This document shows positions 38,146-50,485 of a stretch of 64,000 nucleotides of DNA, one piece after another. Source of the stretch: Amphiscolops sp. MND2022. Its lineage: Eukaryota. How positions within the stretch are numbered: the first letter of the stretch is position 1; each line of letters starts with the position of its first letter. Below the pieces are notes generated by a model that was not told the DNA's origin, searched no databases, and saw only the letters and a program-made list of their open reading frames with translations. The stretch spans positions 49,848,001-49,912,000 of the forward strand of contig OZ076410.1 in the NCBI GenBank assembly GCA_964187785.1, written 5' to 3'. The translations under genes and the position numbers were made by a program.

Positions 38146-39952
38146 TGTTACGTTTAAAATTAGGGTTGTTATTTTGAGCACTACTGATTCTATTGGATTT
38201 GGTAGGGTTGTAGAAACGTTTCGTTTCACCTTCAAGCAACCCCCTCCGTTGTTACATTTTCCTTTTTTAGGTTTTAGCAGTTTCAACAGTTCTCTCTGAG
38301 ACTCAGCAAGTCGATTTTTGTTTGGGAAGTCATTTGCTAGGACTTCCAGAGTACTATTTTCAACTCTTGGAGAATTACCCTGGGAAGGACCCCCTAACTC
38401 GGCGTCCTGATCTACGGAATCTTCGTTCTCAATTGGGGATACTACGATCTGACTCACATTTGCGTTGCTTTCTTAAGGAGTATTTTGTCTTTTTTGGCAT
38501 CTTTTAGACATCTTTGGGGAAAAACGTTTGATATAGTTGGTTTTGAAATGATTTGCGTAAGAAATTTGTATTTACCAAAACGATGTTGGGTTAAAAGCGA
38601 TACAGAAGGAATGAATGATCTTTACAAGTTCAAGCAACATATACCCTCTTAGCATCATTTGATCACTATAGCGTACCTAAATTTCCGTCGGGCAATTAGT
38701 CATGTCCAGTACTTTTGAAGTAAAGTTCATTTAGATTCTCAAATAGACGTCGTTACGATCTAGCCACCAGATCCTTGTTCTGATATGATTTATCAGAGAT
38801 GATCATATCATTTCTTTCCGGCGTCTTTTTATTTCCTCCCGAGCAGGAACTAGATATTATTTCAACCCATCAAATCGGAAATGCGGTTCGCGGAAAAACT
38901 GACGCGGAGTTGACGCTGATGTAAACAACTATCACCTGATTTTGAAGTTCAATTCAAGAAAGTTATGACTAATTCCTGAAAATGACAGTTTGAAATGATG
39001 TTATGACAGAAGAGAGTTTAATAATAGTATTTTATTTATTCGCACAATTAGTTCGCAACTTCAACTGCTCATCATAATGATAACTTAGCGGACATCAAGA
39101 CGACGTTTTTTAGATTCAGCAATTATAACTATAAAGCTCAACTTTAGAAATATTTTTATTTTCAACACTAACGGTAACTTTAGTTATCTTGCTCGACTTT
39201 ATCAGGATTGGTTAGGACTACAATGGTAGAACTTTTCAACTAGTAAAGGCTGAAGAATTATACAAAACTATGAACTGTGTCTTTGTTTACTGAATAATGA
39301 ATTACTTCGCCTAAATTTTTCCCCTTTATCTCCTGTACTACTTTACGTAAAACAACTACAAGCTGGAGATTTGGATTTTCTATAATTTACTTGCTAGAAA
39401 AAAGGACCTTTCAAAAATAATACCGTTCATTTGCCTATTTTCATAAATTTGTGACGTAGCGTGGATACGGTAGCTGCTGATGCAGTGACGGACGTCATAT
39501 TATAATCTTTCGCTGCCGCCATCATCTGTATTCCTTTATTTCGAAGCGAGATAACCTTCTGTTCTGCAATAGTTGCTCTCTGAGTTTACAAAAAGTTGTC
39601 TTTTTGAGAAACGGCATAATGCTTTGATGTTTCTTTTCGATCTACTTTTCATTCAAGTTTTGGCGATGATATATAAACGAACTTTTTAATTGATATGTCA
39701 AGCGGTCAATTGACTGATTTACGACGTGGCCTAAACATCTTGGCGGAAAAGCGTGAAATCGTTTTGTTTGGTTCCTTTCGGTAAATAATTTCCTCTTATA
39801 TCTTTTGAAATTTGGGTATTATATCTTTTTACGTCACAGTTTACTTTTACTAAAAGGTTTGTGAGTTTAACAATACCATTTCGTTGACTTCGACATACAT
39901 CCGTGTCCTGTCCTTTTGCAGTTGAAACCCAGTTCGGGAGCGGGCTGTTACA
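38146..39952 (-). repeat. 3' LTR (~1.8 kb), includes gag N-terminal coding sequence at 38146-~38510
   Basis: Colinear with 48626-50485 and 57914-57980; begins TGTAACAGCCCG, ends CGTAACA. Confidence 0.85.
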
Positions 39953-40597
39953 GGGCAACTGTCATGGGACGGAACAGTTTCGCCGGGAATCGTGATTGTT
40001 AGAATGGATATTGCCATTCGTATACGTTTGGATTTGCTGCTTCTTCTTTGGAACGGAAGAAGGGGGGCACTCGAAACACTTTTCTTCGTCAGCTGTCCCT
40101 TCAGCCGATGAGTGAGGTATTTCGAAGATTACTTTGCGATTTTTTTGGTTGTTCCTGGTTAGTGGTGTAGAAGCTCTTTTGATATCTCTTTCTTCCTCAC
40201 CTGTGTGTCGATGCATTCATGAATTTCCGAGAGATTGTTGATCCTTTCTTTTTTAAGCTGTTGTTGCTAATACGTGATTTTTCATTATTGATTTTGGGTT
40301 AATTTAGGATTAACGGGATAAATTCCATCATTCTGATTGGTTATCAGTTTCGTTTAACCCTTTTTAATCCTGGGTGTTGACGTTTTACCAACGTCGCGTT
40401 TTCATTGGCTGCAGGATTACTTTCTTTCTAATTCTTTCAACCGTAGTTGTCAACGTTTGGCTGACGTCAGTTTTTGATAGCTTTTTGTTAACTTCATTTT
40501 CATTGGTTGTTTTCCTCCCTCTTTTCGACGTCATAATGGCGTTAGACCAGTATTGGGTTGTTCTAACCCTGTTGTTTTTCTGATTGCTGTTCAGACT

Positions 40598-42835
40598 TCT
40601 CGTGGTTTCACAGATCTGGGTGCTCAGAGTGGCAATGAGGGTGAATAGGATTAGAGTGACGCTGATGATGATCGTCCACCGGCAGCTGGTGAGTTCGTTA
40701 TTCGCCAATCCATTAGGCTTTCCGTGGAGAATACTTTATGTATGGGCCTTTTCCGCATTTGTATTTTCACAGCTGAGATTTTCTGACGCGTCTTCACCGG
40801 GAATGAGTTTCAGTGCCTGGTCGTTGCTGCTGGTGTCTCTGGTAGCCACATCGTTGTTTCTCCTCCGCCAGTTGGTCGCCCTAGTTCGTCTCCTGCGCAG
40901 GACGATACTATTCCATCGTCAGCTCCTCGCGTAGGCGAGGGAGCTTGCCCCCTGGCGGGAGAAGAGGTTCAGCAAGGAATTAGCTGTCCATTAGTTGGTT
41001 CTCTCTCAGTGGCCTCACCCTTATTCTCTTCCATCCTGCCTGAAATCTCTGAGTTGTTTCAGAAATTGACAGCTTCACTAAGGGAAGGTTAGATAATTGA
41101 TGCACACATCAGTGGAAAAATGACTATTTTGGTGTAACTTGTTTTTGGGCTCATTGTCGTTTTGTTTTTCGTAGTGATGTCTGGGCAGCCTGAGGTAACT
41201 TCTGGTGGAGCTTCTTTTGGCGACCGACGTCGTTTCGACGCCGAGGAGAGTTCTCAAACAGAGCAGGCCGATGCTGATTGTAAAAATTTGTCAATTTAGG
41301 TTCGGGGGCGGGTGGGTTTATGAGATTTTTATGTTTACTAAACTACGACTGACTTCAAACCTTCTGATTTGCGTGTGCTGAGTGCTGAGTAGACTGGTGG
41401 TTGTCGATTCGTCCATGCTGCTCAGCAGTTCTCTTTTGACATGATCCCGCAATGCTGTCGCTTGGCTCTACAGTAGATGTTCGGAATGTTAGAAGTGACC
41501 ACCATGGTCCACGTCTAGATGTTACGACTGCGTGGGGGTTTGCAGGAGCCCTGGATGGAGGACATTCCTGATATTCGACGTTGTGTGGTGGGAGTCAGAG
41601 TGACTTTTGTGGAACTACGTAGGATTGCTGCCAAGCTCGTGTCTGTCTGGGATACAGTTCGTGAGTACGTCCGGTATACGGGTCGCCGCCACTTCAATAG
41701 GTCGTTTGATAAAATAGGTAAGGTCCTAGCTTCTTGTGTACTTGTATATTTGGACCGTTATTTTTGTGTGTTTGTAGGCGAACTTTTGTGTTATTTGGTT
41801 TATGATTTGGAGTGGATGTTAAGATCACTGCGCGTTCAAAAAACAGAGATGGCCGGAGCAACTAAGGTTTCTACTCGTACAGTGAGGTTTGCCAGTTTTT
41901 CTTTTGCCTTCTCACTCGTAGTCAGAGATTGTCAAGCCTTCCCGATGTTAACGGTTGGTAAGCGAACTTGAACGTGACTAAACTGACTGATCTAGAGAAG
42001 ATTGTGACTGAGGAATTTTTGATGAACGATGAATATAGTGCTGAAATGCGTCGTTCCACTAACCTTGAAATTTTACAGTGATTCACACAATTGCTGGCGT
42101 AAATTTGTTGACAGTCTATTGAGTGTTTTGCATGCCCTACATGTTGTTTCTGCGGATTTTTTCCAAGAAGTCTGCCCGGAGTTGTTGTTGGAGGGAGATG
42201 TCTGACACGTTTTCCAGCTATATTTTTGTTTGATTCGCCTTCTCGAGAGAAGTGGTTGCCTTTCAAGCGATGAAGCCCGATCTAGTATAGACGAGTTTAC
42301 CACATTTGTTGTGGATGTTCATGGTCGGCACAGTGAGTCAGGACGGTGTGCTGGAGAAATTGACAACATCGTGACATTCTTGGTGGCTGATTACAGCTTC
42401 ATGTCTCGTCGGCACTTGAGTCGTGTTCTAAAGCTGCGTTGTCTTGATGTGGATCGTTCCCCAGTTAAGCTGCCAGACCTCAGCCTTGATGTGGGTGGTT
42501 GCGCCGTCCCTGCCGCTGTGGTGTCCTCTTCTTTGAGAGGAGTTTAAAGTCTTGTGTCAGCTTTTACATACAAACCTAAGGCACCATGGAAAGCGTACGA
42601 GATGCCATTGCCCACAGTCGTGAATTCATGGCTTCATCAACTTTTGATCAATGGGGGAATTTTTTGTGGGAGTTTTCTGGATTTTGTTGCACGGCATACT
42701 GCTGCTTTTGACGTTTATCTTGCGCGTAAGAAGAAAGAGGCTGAGGAGAAATTGCATGACGCAAATCGTTCGTCGAGTCATGTCTTCTTGCCGCAAAGAA
42801 CTGCAGGAAAAGGTGCTTCTGGATTCAAGAGGTAA
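40598..42835 (+). pseudogene. Antisense, spliced accessory gene inside the Gypsy element (S/P/D-rich N-terminus, helical C-terminus resembling hAT transposase C-terminal region)
   Basis: Introns 40689-40772 (CTG|GTGAGT...TTTCACAG) and 41088-41174 (AAG|GTTAGA...TTTTCGTAG), both phase 1 and frame-preserving; downstream ORF fragments 41519-41971, 42230-42547, 42554-42835. Confidence 0.7.
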
Positions 42836-42959
42836 TATTGACTGAACATGATTTGAACAATTATTGAACCTGTTTTTTAAAAGTCTTTTTAATTGTCATT
42901 GTTTGTCTGATTACCTGATACAGTGTTTCTTCTTTGATAATGAGTTGAAGTCATGGCGT

Positions 42960-45900
42960 CAACAGTAGGCGGCGATTTTGGGGGTATAGGTGGACTTTCG
43001 ATGGGTGGGGACGTCAACTGTAAGGGTTATCTCCCACGTCCGTGGTAAGATCTGAAAAATCCGGCGACGACAGGATTATGTCGTTTGTAGTGTCTTTTTG
43101 TTCTTCTGTTATCTCTTGAAATTCGGTCTGTTTCTTAGTATCCATTGGTTCTGGTGTGGCAGTCTCGTCAAGATGGGTACCGAAATTCATTTCCCAAGAT
43201 GTGGCATACCAGTCGTTATGCGCAGTCTGGACGTCTGGGTCTGATGTGAATTCGTTTGATTTCACTGTGACATCAGGCTTTCGTTGTTCTGGTACACAAG
43301 GACTTGTTCGTATTCAATGTAGGGTTTGAGTGTATGTTGTTCCAATTTTCCACCTATTGTTCCACTAATTGTGTAGTTGTTATTCGACAGCACCTTTATC
43401 ACTAGGTACGGTCCTGTCCAATTACAGTCTTGGGCTGCGAACTTTGTCGATTGGTTGTCGGCTTTGAGATTGAGTATGTAGCAGTATTCTTTTCTTTTAA
43501 GCAATGCTGCTGACGCTTTGCGATCATAGTGTTTTTTATACTTGAGATAGGACAACATGATGTTGTCGTTTGCTGCCGCATGTCTTTGTACTTGCTGTTC
43601 TATGCCAGAATTAGCCCTTTTTCCATCTTGGTTTCAAGCCTGTTTTTAGGTCAAGGAGTTGTAGTGTGATCGTCCATGAAATACCGTGGAAGATTCGCAT
43701 GCCAGTGTTTCATGTTATGTTGTGTTTTTGTTCATCACTGCAATTTGGACATACTCGTGCCACATGAAACGTCGTTCTCTGGTTGAGATTTTAAGTGCTG
43801 TTTCGATGGAGGCATGCGTTTTTTCTGGTATCCAAGCGTGCGCGTTTCGTGGAAGCGTGATTTTTTTTTGAATTTTCAAGATTGCTACTATCTTTACGAC
43901 GAATTCCGGTACGAAGTGTGAGTGTTTGTCTGATAGGATGAGTGTCGGCAATTACACATGTTTCGCCATGAAGTCGACAATACATCGTCCAATTGTCTTG
44001 TTGTTGTAGTTTGTGTTGGGTATGCGAATAGATTGCGTAAGAAAAACATCCATCATTGTGACAATGTTCTGATAACCAGCAAATTTGACAAATTTGGTAG
44101 AAACTTTATTTCCAAAATCTTTTCTGGGCCTATTGTGTGTTCCGTATGGCCCAATAGTTTATTTGTTTTGCTAATCTTGGGCAATAATTCTTTGAATGGC
44201 CTTCTTGGATCATCTTGGTGATACTGGGTGTTTTCCTATTATGTCCCATTTTGCTTAAAGCAGTTCTTTTACGATATGTTCGGAGATGATTATTTGATAA
44301 TGCATCACTGGTCCACACTCCCCGTAATAATAACGCAAGAGAATTCCTTCTTTGACTTCAAATCTCGTGTACTAGCAGGTGTCAGGCTCTCGGGTATGTT
44401 GCCAGTAAGTGTTTATCATATTCCTCGTATATGAGTTTTCGCTTGATTGCTTGTAGAACAAGATCGGAGTCTTGCTTGACTCGGATTCGGGCATCTTCTT
44501 TCATTGCTCCAAAGGCGTATGCAGCTTCGTTTATTGGTAAAGGCGCTGTTTCTTAACTGTCAATTTAACCTTTGTTTTCTCTTCGTCACGCGCGTTTTGC
44601 CTTGCTTGTTCTTTTTGTTTTAGCATTTTTTTCTTCCGTTTAGATTGTTTCTTTTGGCAGGAAGAATAGTTCTTCTTAATCTGCCACATAGAAAGATCGT
44701 AGGATGTCTACTCTCAATTTTGGTTGACGTTATTTTTCGCTTCAGCTTTATTCTCGGCAGAAAATCAGCCGTAGTATTCTGTCCCAATTCTGTGTCTGTA
44801 TTTTTGGAAGTTGATTTGTAGGACACACCAAAGTGAGGGATATTGCTTTTGTTTGGGAAAAACGCGCTATCGTGTTTCGAACTATTATTGGTCATTATGA
44901 GTAATGGTAATGTCGTTTCCCACAAGATATGGCTGTTCTCTAAAAATGAGCAGAAGATTGCTCGAAAATAATTGTTGCAATAAATTGACATTTTTGAATG
45001 TGCTGGGGCGAACGTTTTTGACCAAAATACTACTGAGGCGAAGGTTTTTTTCTTGGGATTCCGCTTTTTCTCGTCATTTTCTTCTATCTTTAGCGCTTTG
45101 CCTGATCCGCGAAAGCTGGCATCCGTCGTTAGCACTTATTGACGTCCTGTGATTGGCTGTCTGAGGGCCAATCAGCACGCTTCCGCTAATGCTGCGTTGA
45201 TAGCTTTGTAGTTGTCGAGTAGTTATTCCGTGATTTTTACTTGTTTGTCTGCTTTTATTAGTTCGTAAATACCGAAAAGTCCTTCTGACAGGCGCGGAAT
45301 GTAAGTGTAACGATAAATGACAAAACCAGTATACCTTTGGACTTGCTTCTTTGATTTGGGGAATGGCACGTTTGCAAAAAACCTTCGATTTTGTAATCCC
45401 GGGGCTACTCCTTGTGGCGTTATCGTTCTTCCAACGATTTCTGTTCTGGCGACTCCAAAGTGGCATTTTTCATTCATGAGTTTCAGTACTGCTTTCCTGA
45501 TGCGTTCGAATACTGCGCGGAGGTTACGTATCAGTTGTGCTACGGTTTTGGCAGCTGTCTCGATGTCGTGTTTGAACCGTGCACATTGGTCTGTTTTTAT
45601 GACACGGTCTAGATACTATCGCACAAAATTGGGAAATGCAGATAGGGCTCTGCTTGGTCCTGGTGCAAGTTAATTATTTGCGAAGTTTCTGCTTGGAAAG
45701 TTGAAAGCAAACATTTTTATGGATCTCTGATACGCCATTTGTAGACAATGGTAGGCCTGCGAGCAATCTAGCTGGCAGAATTGTTTTTCCCAGCTAGGTG
45801 TTGACATGCATCCGATATTGTGATGACTGGGTGGCTATTATTGATGTAGTTATCTGTGATTAGAGCGGCTATTTTGCGCAGGTCGACAAGTAGCCCCAAT

Positions 45901-47230
45901 TTGCTATTTCGTTTTCGTTGAGCTAGCTTTTTTTGAGAATTGCAGTGCTGCTTTTATGCAATAGCGGTGCATTAGCGCTAATTCTACTGTGAGGTTTTTA
46001 CTTCAGGTTTATTTGGACAGGTAGGCTCTTTGTGTAGGATGGGCTTTCGTCATTCGGTGTTAGTTTTCCTTTAAACCTGGTTTGATCCCGATGTCTAGTC
46101 GAAGATGTCGTTTTTTTCGACTAATGTTTGTTCTAGCAGCCCTTTGTTTTTCTGTTCAATTTGTGACCCCATCCATTTAAAGGAATTTCTTCACTCTGGA
46201 TCTTTCGTTGGGTCTAACTTTCTTAGAGTCTTCTACGGTGTATGGGTGTATGTGCGTTTTCGTTTCCTGGGTTTTTGCGGTGTGGAATCAGTATTATTCG
46301 TCGTATCGGTCATCTCGTTTAGCTTTCTGTAATTCATGTACAAACATGTGGGTGTCATCTGGGTCGCCCAGGCGTTTGAGTGCGGCAGCGTCAACTGGAC
46401 GTATTTGTTTCGTCTCGTCTGATTTCAGGACTTGAAGTTCTGCCGAATTGGTGTGATTCTTGATAGTGTATGGGAACTCGGTTGTGTTGGCCATTCTGAT
46501 ATAAATCAAGTCAATGTGTGCGATTGCAAACGCTGGAGCGACAATAAGTTTACTGTATCGTCGAATTGTGGTAGTGGTGATGACCAAAGCTGTGATTGTT
46601 GTAGTTTGCTTTGGATGTAGCGTTTGATTTCCTTCGGTTAATGTTTTGAGCGAATTAGGGTTGCAATTTTGCATCTCGTCGGTCACTGCCTCCGCCATCA
46701 CATCATGTCTTAAGTTGATTGTTCCATTGCCGGTATCTATCACCGCTTGTTGGTTTCTCATGAAGATTAGGCCAATTATCGGAATGGACGTTTTCGACAG
46801 AACGACAAAGGCGACAGTAAATGTGTAGGTTCCGAAAATTAATTGGATATCTGCAGTAGCAAAGGGTTGTTCTAGTTGGGCTTTTGCGCACTCAATATTG
46901 AAGGGTGGTTGATGATTTTGTTTGATGACGCAATTATCACTGTCCCTCTAGATCATGTTGTAGTGTGACAATGACATTGCGTTAATGAATGCTCCTGAGT
47001 CCATCCATGGTGATTTCCCTGGAATTGAGGGGTATGTATATCATTCGTCTGCTTTCTGAGCAGTATTGAAGAGTGCAAAAGAATGCAGGTGTCTCCGTCT
47101 TTTTCAGTTATATAACCCTTGATTGAGTGGAGTGACATGGGAAGATCAATCAGGAAGGTTAGTTTTGGTGTTTTAGTGGAGCCGATATCATCTTCCGGGG
47201 ACGTCTGCAGTGGTATGTGTGTCATGGATT
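42960..47230 (-). pseudogene. pol: pol (PR-RT-RH-IN), many stops and frameshifts
   Basis: Protease DSGA ~46995; RT KCHFGV...GRTITPQGV; RNase H LTTDAS...FWSKTF; integrase PTLILSDK and EKTHASI; GPY/F motif WTGPYLVIKVLSNNNY. Confidence 0.92.
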
Positions 47231-48990
47231 TCTTCGTTTTGGTCTTCAGTGAGGGCGGAGGGTTGATATTTTTAAATGTGAGAGAGGACTGGTCATATAT
47301 GTTTAATCTATCTCATGGGTCGCATCGGTAGTTTTTGTCGAAGATATAGATTCGCTCTTTTTTGAGACTGGAGGTGCCCCTTTGGTAGTCATCTATTGGT
47401 CTTCAAACTTGGCAATCCAATTGGTATATCTTTTCTGTTTTCCCTTTCTGGCATTATATTTTTTATGGCTGCACCTTTTTGTCGTCGCTGCAAGTTCTCT
47501 GTTGGCATTCTGTTGCAGTTGGTGGTTGCATTTTGAGTGTATTCGGTGGGGCCGTTTATTGAGTGCCACTTCGCAACCACTGTTTCCGCGAATCTAATGC
47601 GCAGCGTGTCTAGTTTTTTTATCTTATCTGTAGAGGTGGTTGCCGTTGTTTTGTTTTCTGTTTTACGTTGTTGTTGGTTGTGGCGCTTTGGTCTGGGATT
47701 GTTGGGAGCTTTGGCTCCATTCCAACAACTTTCTGTTTGGTGGGGTTTGCGTTGCAATTGATTTTGTTGCCTGCTCTGTCACTGGTATGTTCGTTCTTTC
47801 TCCGTGTTTGTTGCCTTTTATCGATTTTAATTTTCCGGCAGTCTTCCTTGAAATGGCCAATTTTATTGCAGTGGAAGAAGTATCTTTTTTAATTGTCTCT
47901 ACTTCAATTTTCTATGGGTTGTTGCTCTTTTGTTGTTCGGGATGGCTCATTTTTGTTTAGAGGGTCAAAGGTAACTTTATCTGGCGCTCGTAGCCCGGAA
48001 GTCTCATCTCTCGTTCTAGGTGGAGCACGTTGTCATTGTATGGCTTGTCCTGTAGGTATGCCCTATTTAGGATCTTTTTGACATGAGCCGGCATCTTGGC
48101 GTGTATTGCCTTATCTATACACTGTTTGGCTTCAGACCCAAAAGTTTTTTTCTGTTTTCTGTAGAACCTCACGAAATGCATTTTGATTCTGCGTTGTGGG
48201 GTCAAATTTAAGCGCGTCCCACTCTCGCCATGAAAAGGATATCTCTGAATTGTCGTTCAAGTGCTGTCATGACCTCTTCGATGGAGTTCTTTTTAGAGTC
48301 GTCCAAGTTTCTAAACCCTTGTATGGCGTTCCCTCGAAGTAGGTAAAGAAAATTGTTGACTTTCTGAATCTCCCTGAGTTGCGGGAACGTCTTGATGTTA
48401 TTTCGACTGAGATCTTCGAAAAATTCGGGTTTCTCTCATTTGTTGTCAGAGGTTGGAAGTGACGCTGTTAGCGTTTTCGGCATGGGGAGTCTAGTGCTGT
48501 CACTTTTGTCTGGTGTGGAAAGTGTCCTAGCTACCGTGGGACGTTCCTTGGAGCAGACTGACTCTGCTACCTTATTTTTGCTGTTTTGTTGTGGTTGATG
48601 GAGTCGTTTAAAGCTCCTGTCACCTTGTTACGACTAAGCTTAGGGTCAATATGTTTTTCTACTAGCACTACGTTTTTCAACTGCTTTGTGTAGAAACATG
48701 TCTTTTCACTTTCAAGCAATGCTTCATCCTTCTCGTTGTTTCATTCCCCTGTTCTAGAGTTTCGCAGTTTCAACTCAGCTACAGCAGTTTCTCTCTGAGA
48801 CTCAGCGAGTAGATTCTTGATTTCGGAAGGTATTTCCAATTTCAAAGAAGCCCTCAGATTCTCTAAAGTACTATTTTTAACTCTTGGAGACTTGAAGCGT
48901 GGGAAGGACCCGCTAACTCGATATCCTGATCTCACCTACACTTTCGTTGCTTTCTTGAAGAAGATTTCCTCTCTTTTGAATTCTTAAAAG
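47230..48990 (-). pseudogene. gag: gag, starting inside the 5' LTR
   Basis: PMPKTLTASLPT...FEDL and KTFGSEAKQCIDKAIHAKMPAHVKKILNRAYL gag core; N-terminal ~120 codons lie within the LTR. Confidence 0.85.
48614..48625 (-). promoter_or_regulatory. Primer-binding site (one mismatch)
   Basis: CGTAACA|AGGTGACAGGAG, matching TGGTGACAGG at 51958. Confidence 0.7.
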
Positions 48991-50485
48991 TAATCTTTAA
49001 TGAAAAACTTTTTAATTTGTTAGGTTTTAATTGAATTGTTAGGAAAATCGTGTTTAACAAAACAATGTTGAAGTAAAAGCGAAATTGCAAAAGGAATGAA
49101 AAATCTTTACAAATTCAAGCAATTTTTACCCTCCAAGCATCACGTGATCATGATAGCGTACCTAATGTTTCCTCGAAAAGTTGTTTTTCCTAATTTTACA
49201 ACGACATTTTGTCAAGTTCTAGTCACCTGATCTCTATTCTGAATATAGTCATCACATATGATCATATCATTTCATTCCGGCGTCTTTTATTTCCTCCCGA
49301 GCATGAAGTAGATATTGTTTCAACCCATCAAGCCGGAAATGCTTATCTATTCACTGCTTCGGTTCACGGAAAAACTGACGCGGAGTTGACGCTGATGTGA
49401 ACAACTATCAACTGATTTTGAAGTCCAATTTAAGAAAATTATGACTAATTCCTGAAAGTGACAGTTTGAAATGATGTTCTGATAGGAAGAGGAAAATAAT
49501 CTGGCCAAGTTTTATTTATTCGCACAATTAGTTTGCAACTTCAACTGAACACCATAATGATAATTTAGCGAACGTCAGGACTACGTTAACTGGATACAAG
49601 AATTATGACGACAAAACTCAACATTAGAATTATTTAAAAACATTCCAATACTAACGTTACCTTTAGACGAAAATTGCACGACGCTAGAAGGTTTGGTAAG
49701 GTAGAAATTATCAACTAGTGAATGCTATAAATTGATACAAACCTATAAACTGTGACTTTTGCCTACTGAATTTGGAAATAATTTGCCGAAATTAATCCCT
49801 TCTTTCTTTAAATTACGTAAAACAGCTACAAACTAGGGATTTACTTTATCCAAATTTTTCTTGCTAAAATATTAGGCTTTTCAAAATTAATACCGTTTCA
49901 TTGCTTGTTTTCATAAATTTGGGATGTCGCGTGGACGTAAGACAGACGTATTTTTGACGCTTGACTCAACTAGCTATTCAAGTGGACTTAAGGCGGACGT
50001 AATGTTGATGTTAGACTCAAGTTGCTATCTATGTGGACGTAAATCGGACGTAATTTTGGTTTGGTATTTAGCTAGTTGCCGTGACGTTATGATATAATCT
50101 TTCGCTGTCGACGCTTTTGTTTATTTAGAGGCGAGATAACGTCCTATTCTGCAATTATCACTCTCTGAGTGTACAGTTTGTCTGTCTTTCTGAGAAACGA
50201 ATCAGTAGTTTGATCGGTTTCTTTCAAAGTATTTTCATTTTAGATTTGACTATGATCGTTGAAGACGCATGGTTTAATTGATGTTCCACGTGGTGAATGG
50301 ACTCGTTTCCAACGTGGCTCAAACGTCCTAGCGGAAATGCGTGAAATTATTTTGTTCTGTTCATTTTGGTAATCCTTTTCGTTCTGGATCTTTCAAAATT
50401 TGGTTATTATTTCCTCTTAAGTCTCAGTGTTTTTTCACTAGAAGATCTATGAGTTTAGCAATACCACCTCGTTGACGTTGACATA
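48626..50485 (-). repeat. 5' LTR, major part (remaining ~70 bp at 57909-57980)
   Basis: Homology to 38146-39897; resumes after the nested insertion with ACATAcatccgtg as at 39893. Confidence 0.85.

Noticed and set aside
38146-39952. Solo LTR interpretation
   Set aside because: Its own flanks do not match each other, whereas the left flank matches the flank at 57981, making it the 3' LTR of the large element
41718-41921. Third intron in the antisense gene (AG|GTAAGG...TCGTAG, 204 nt)
   Set aside because: The interval is itself open and protein-like in the same frame; it cannot be distinguished from exon without transcripts
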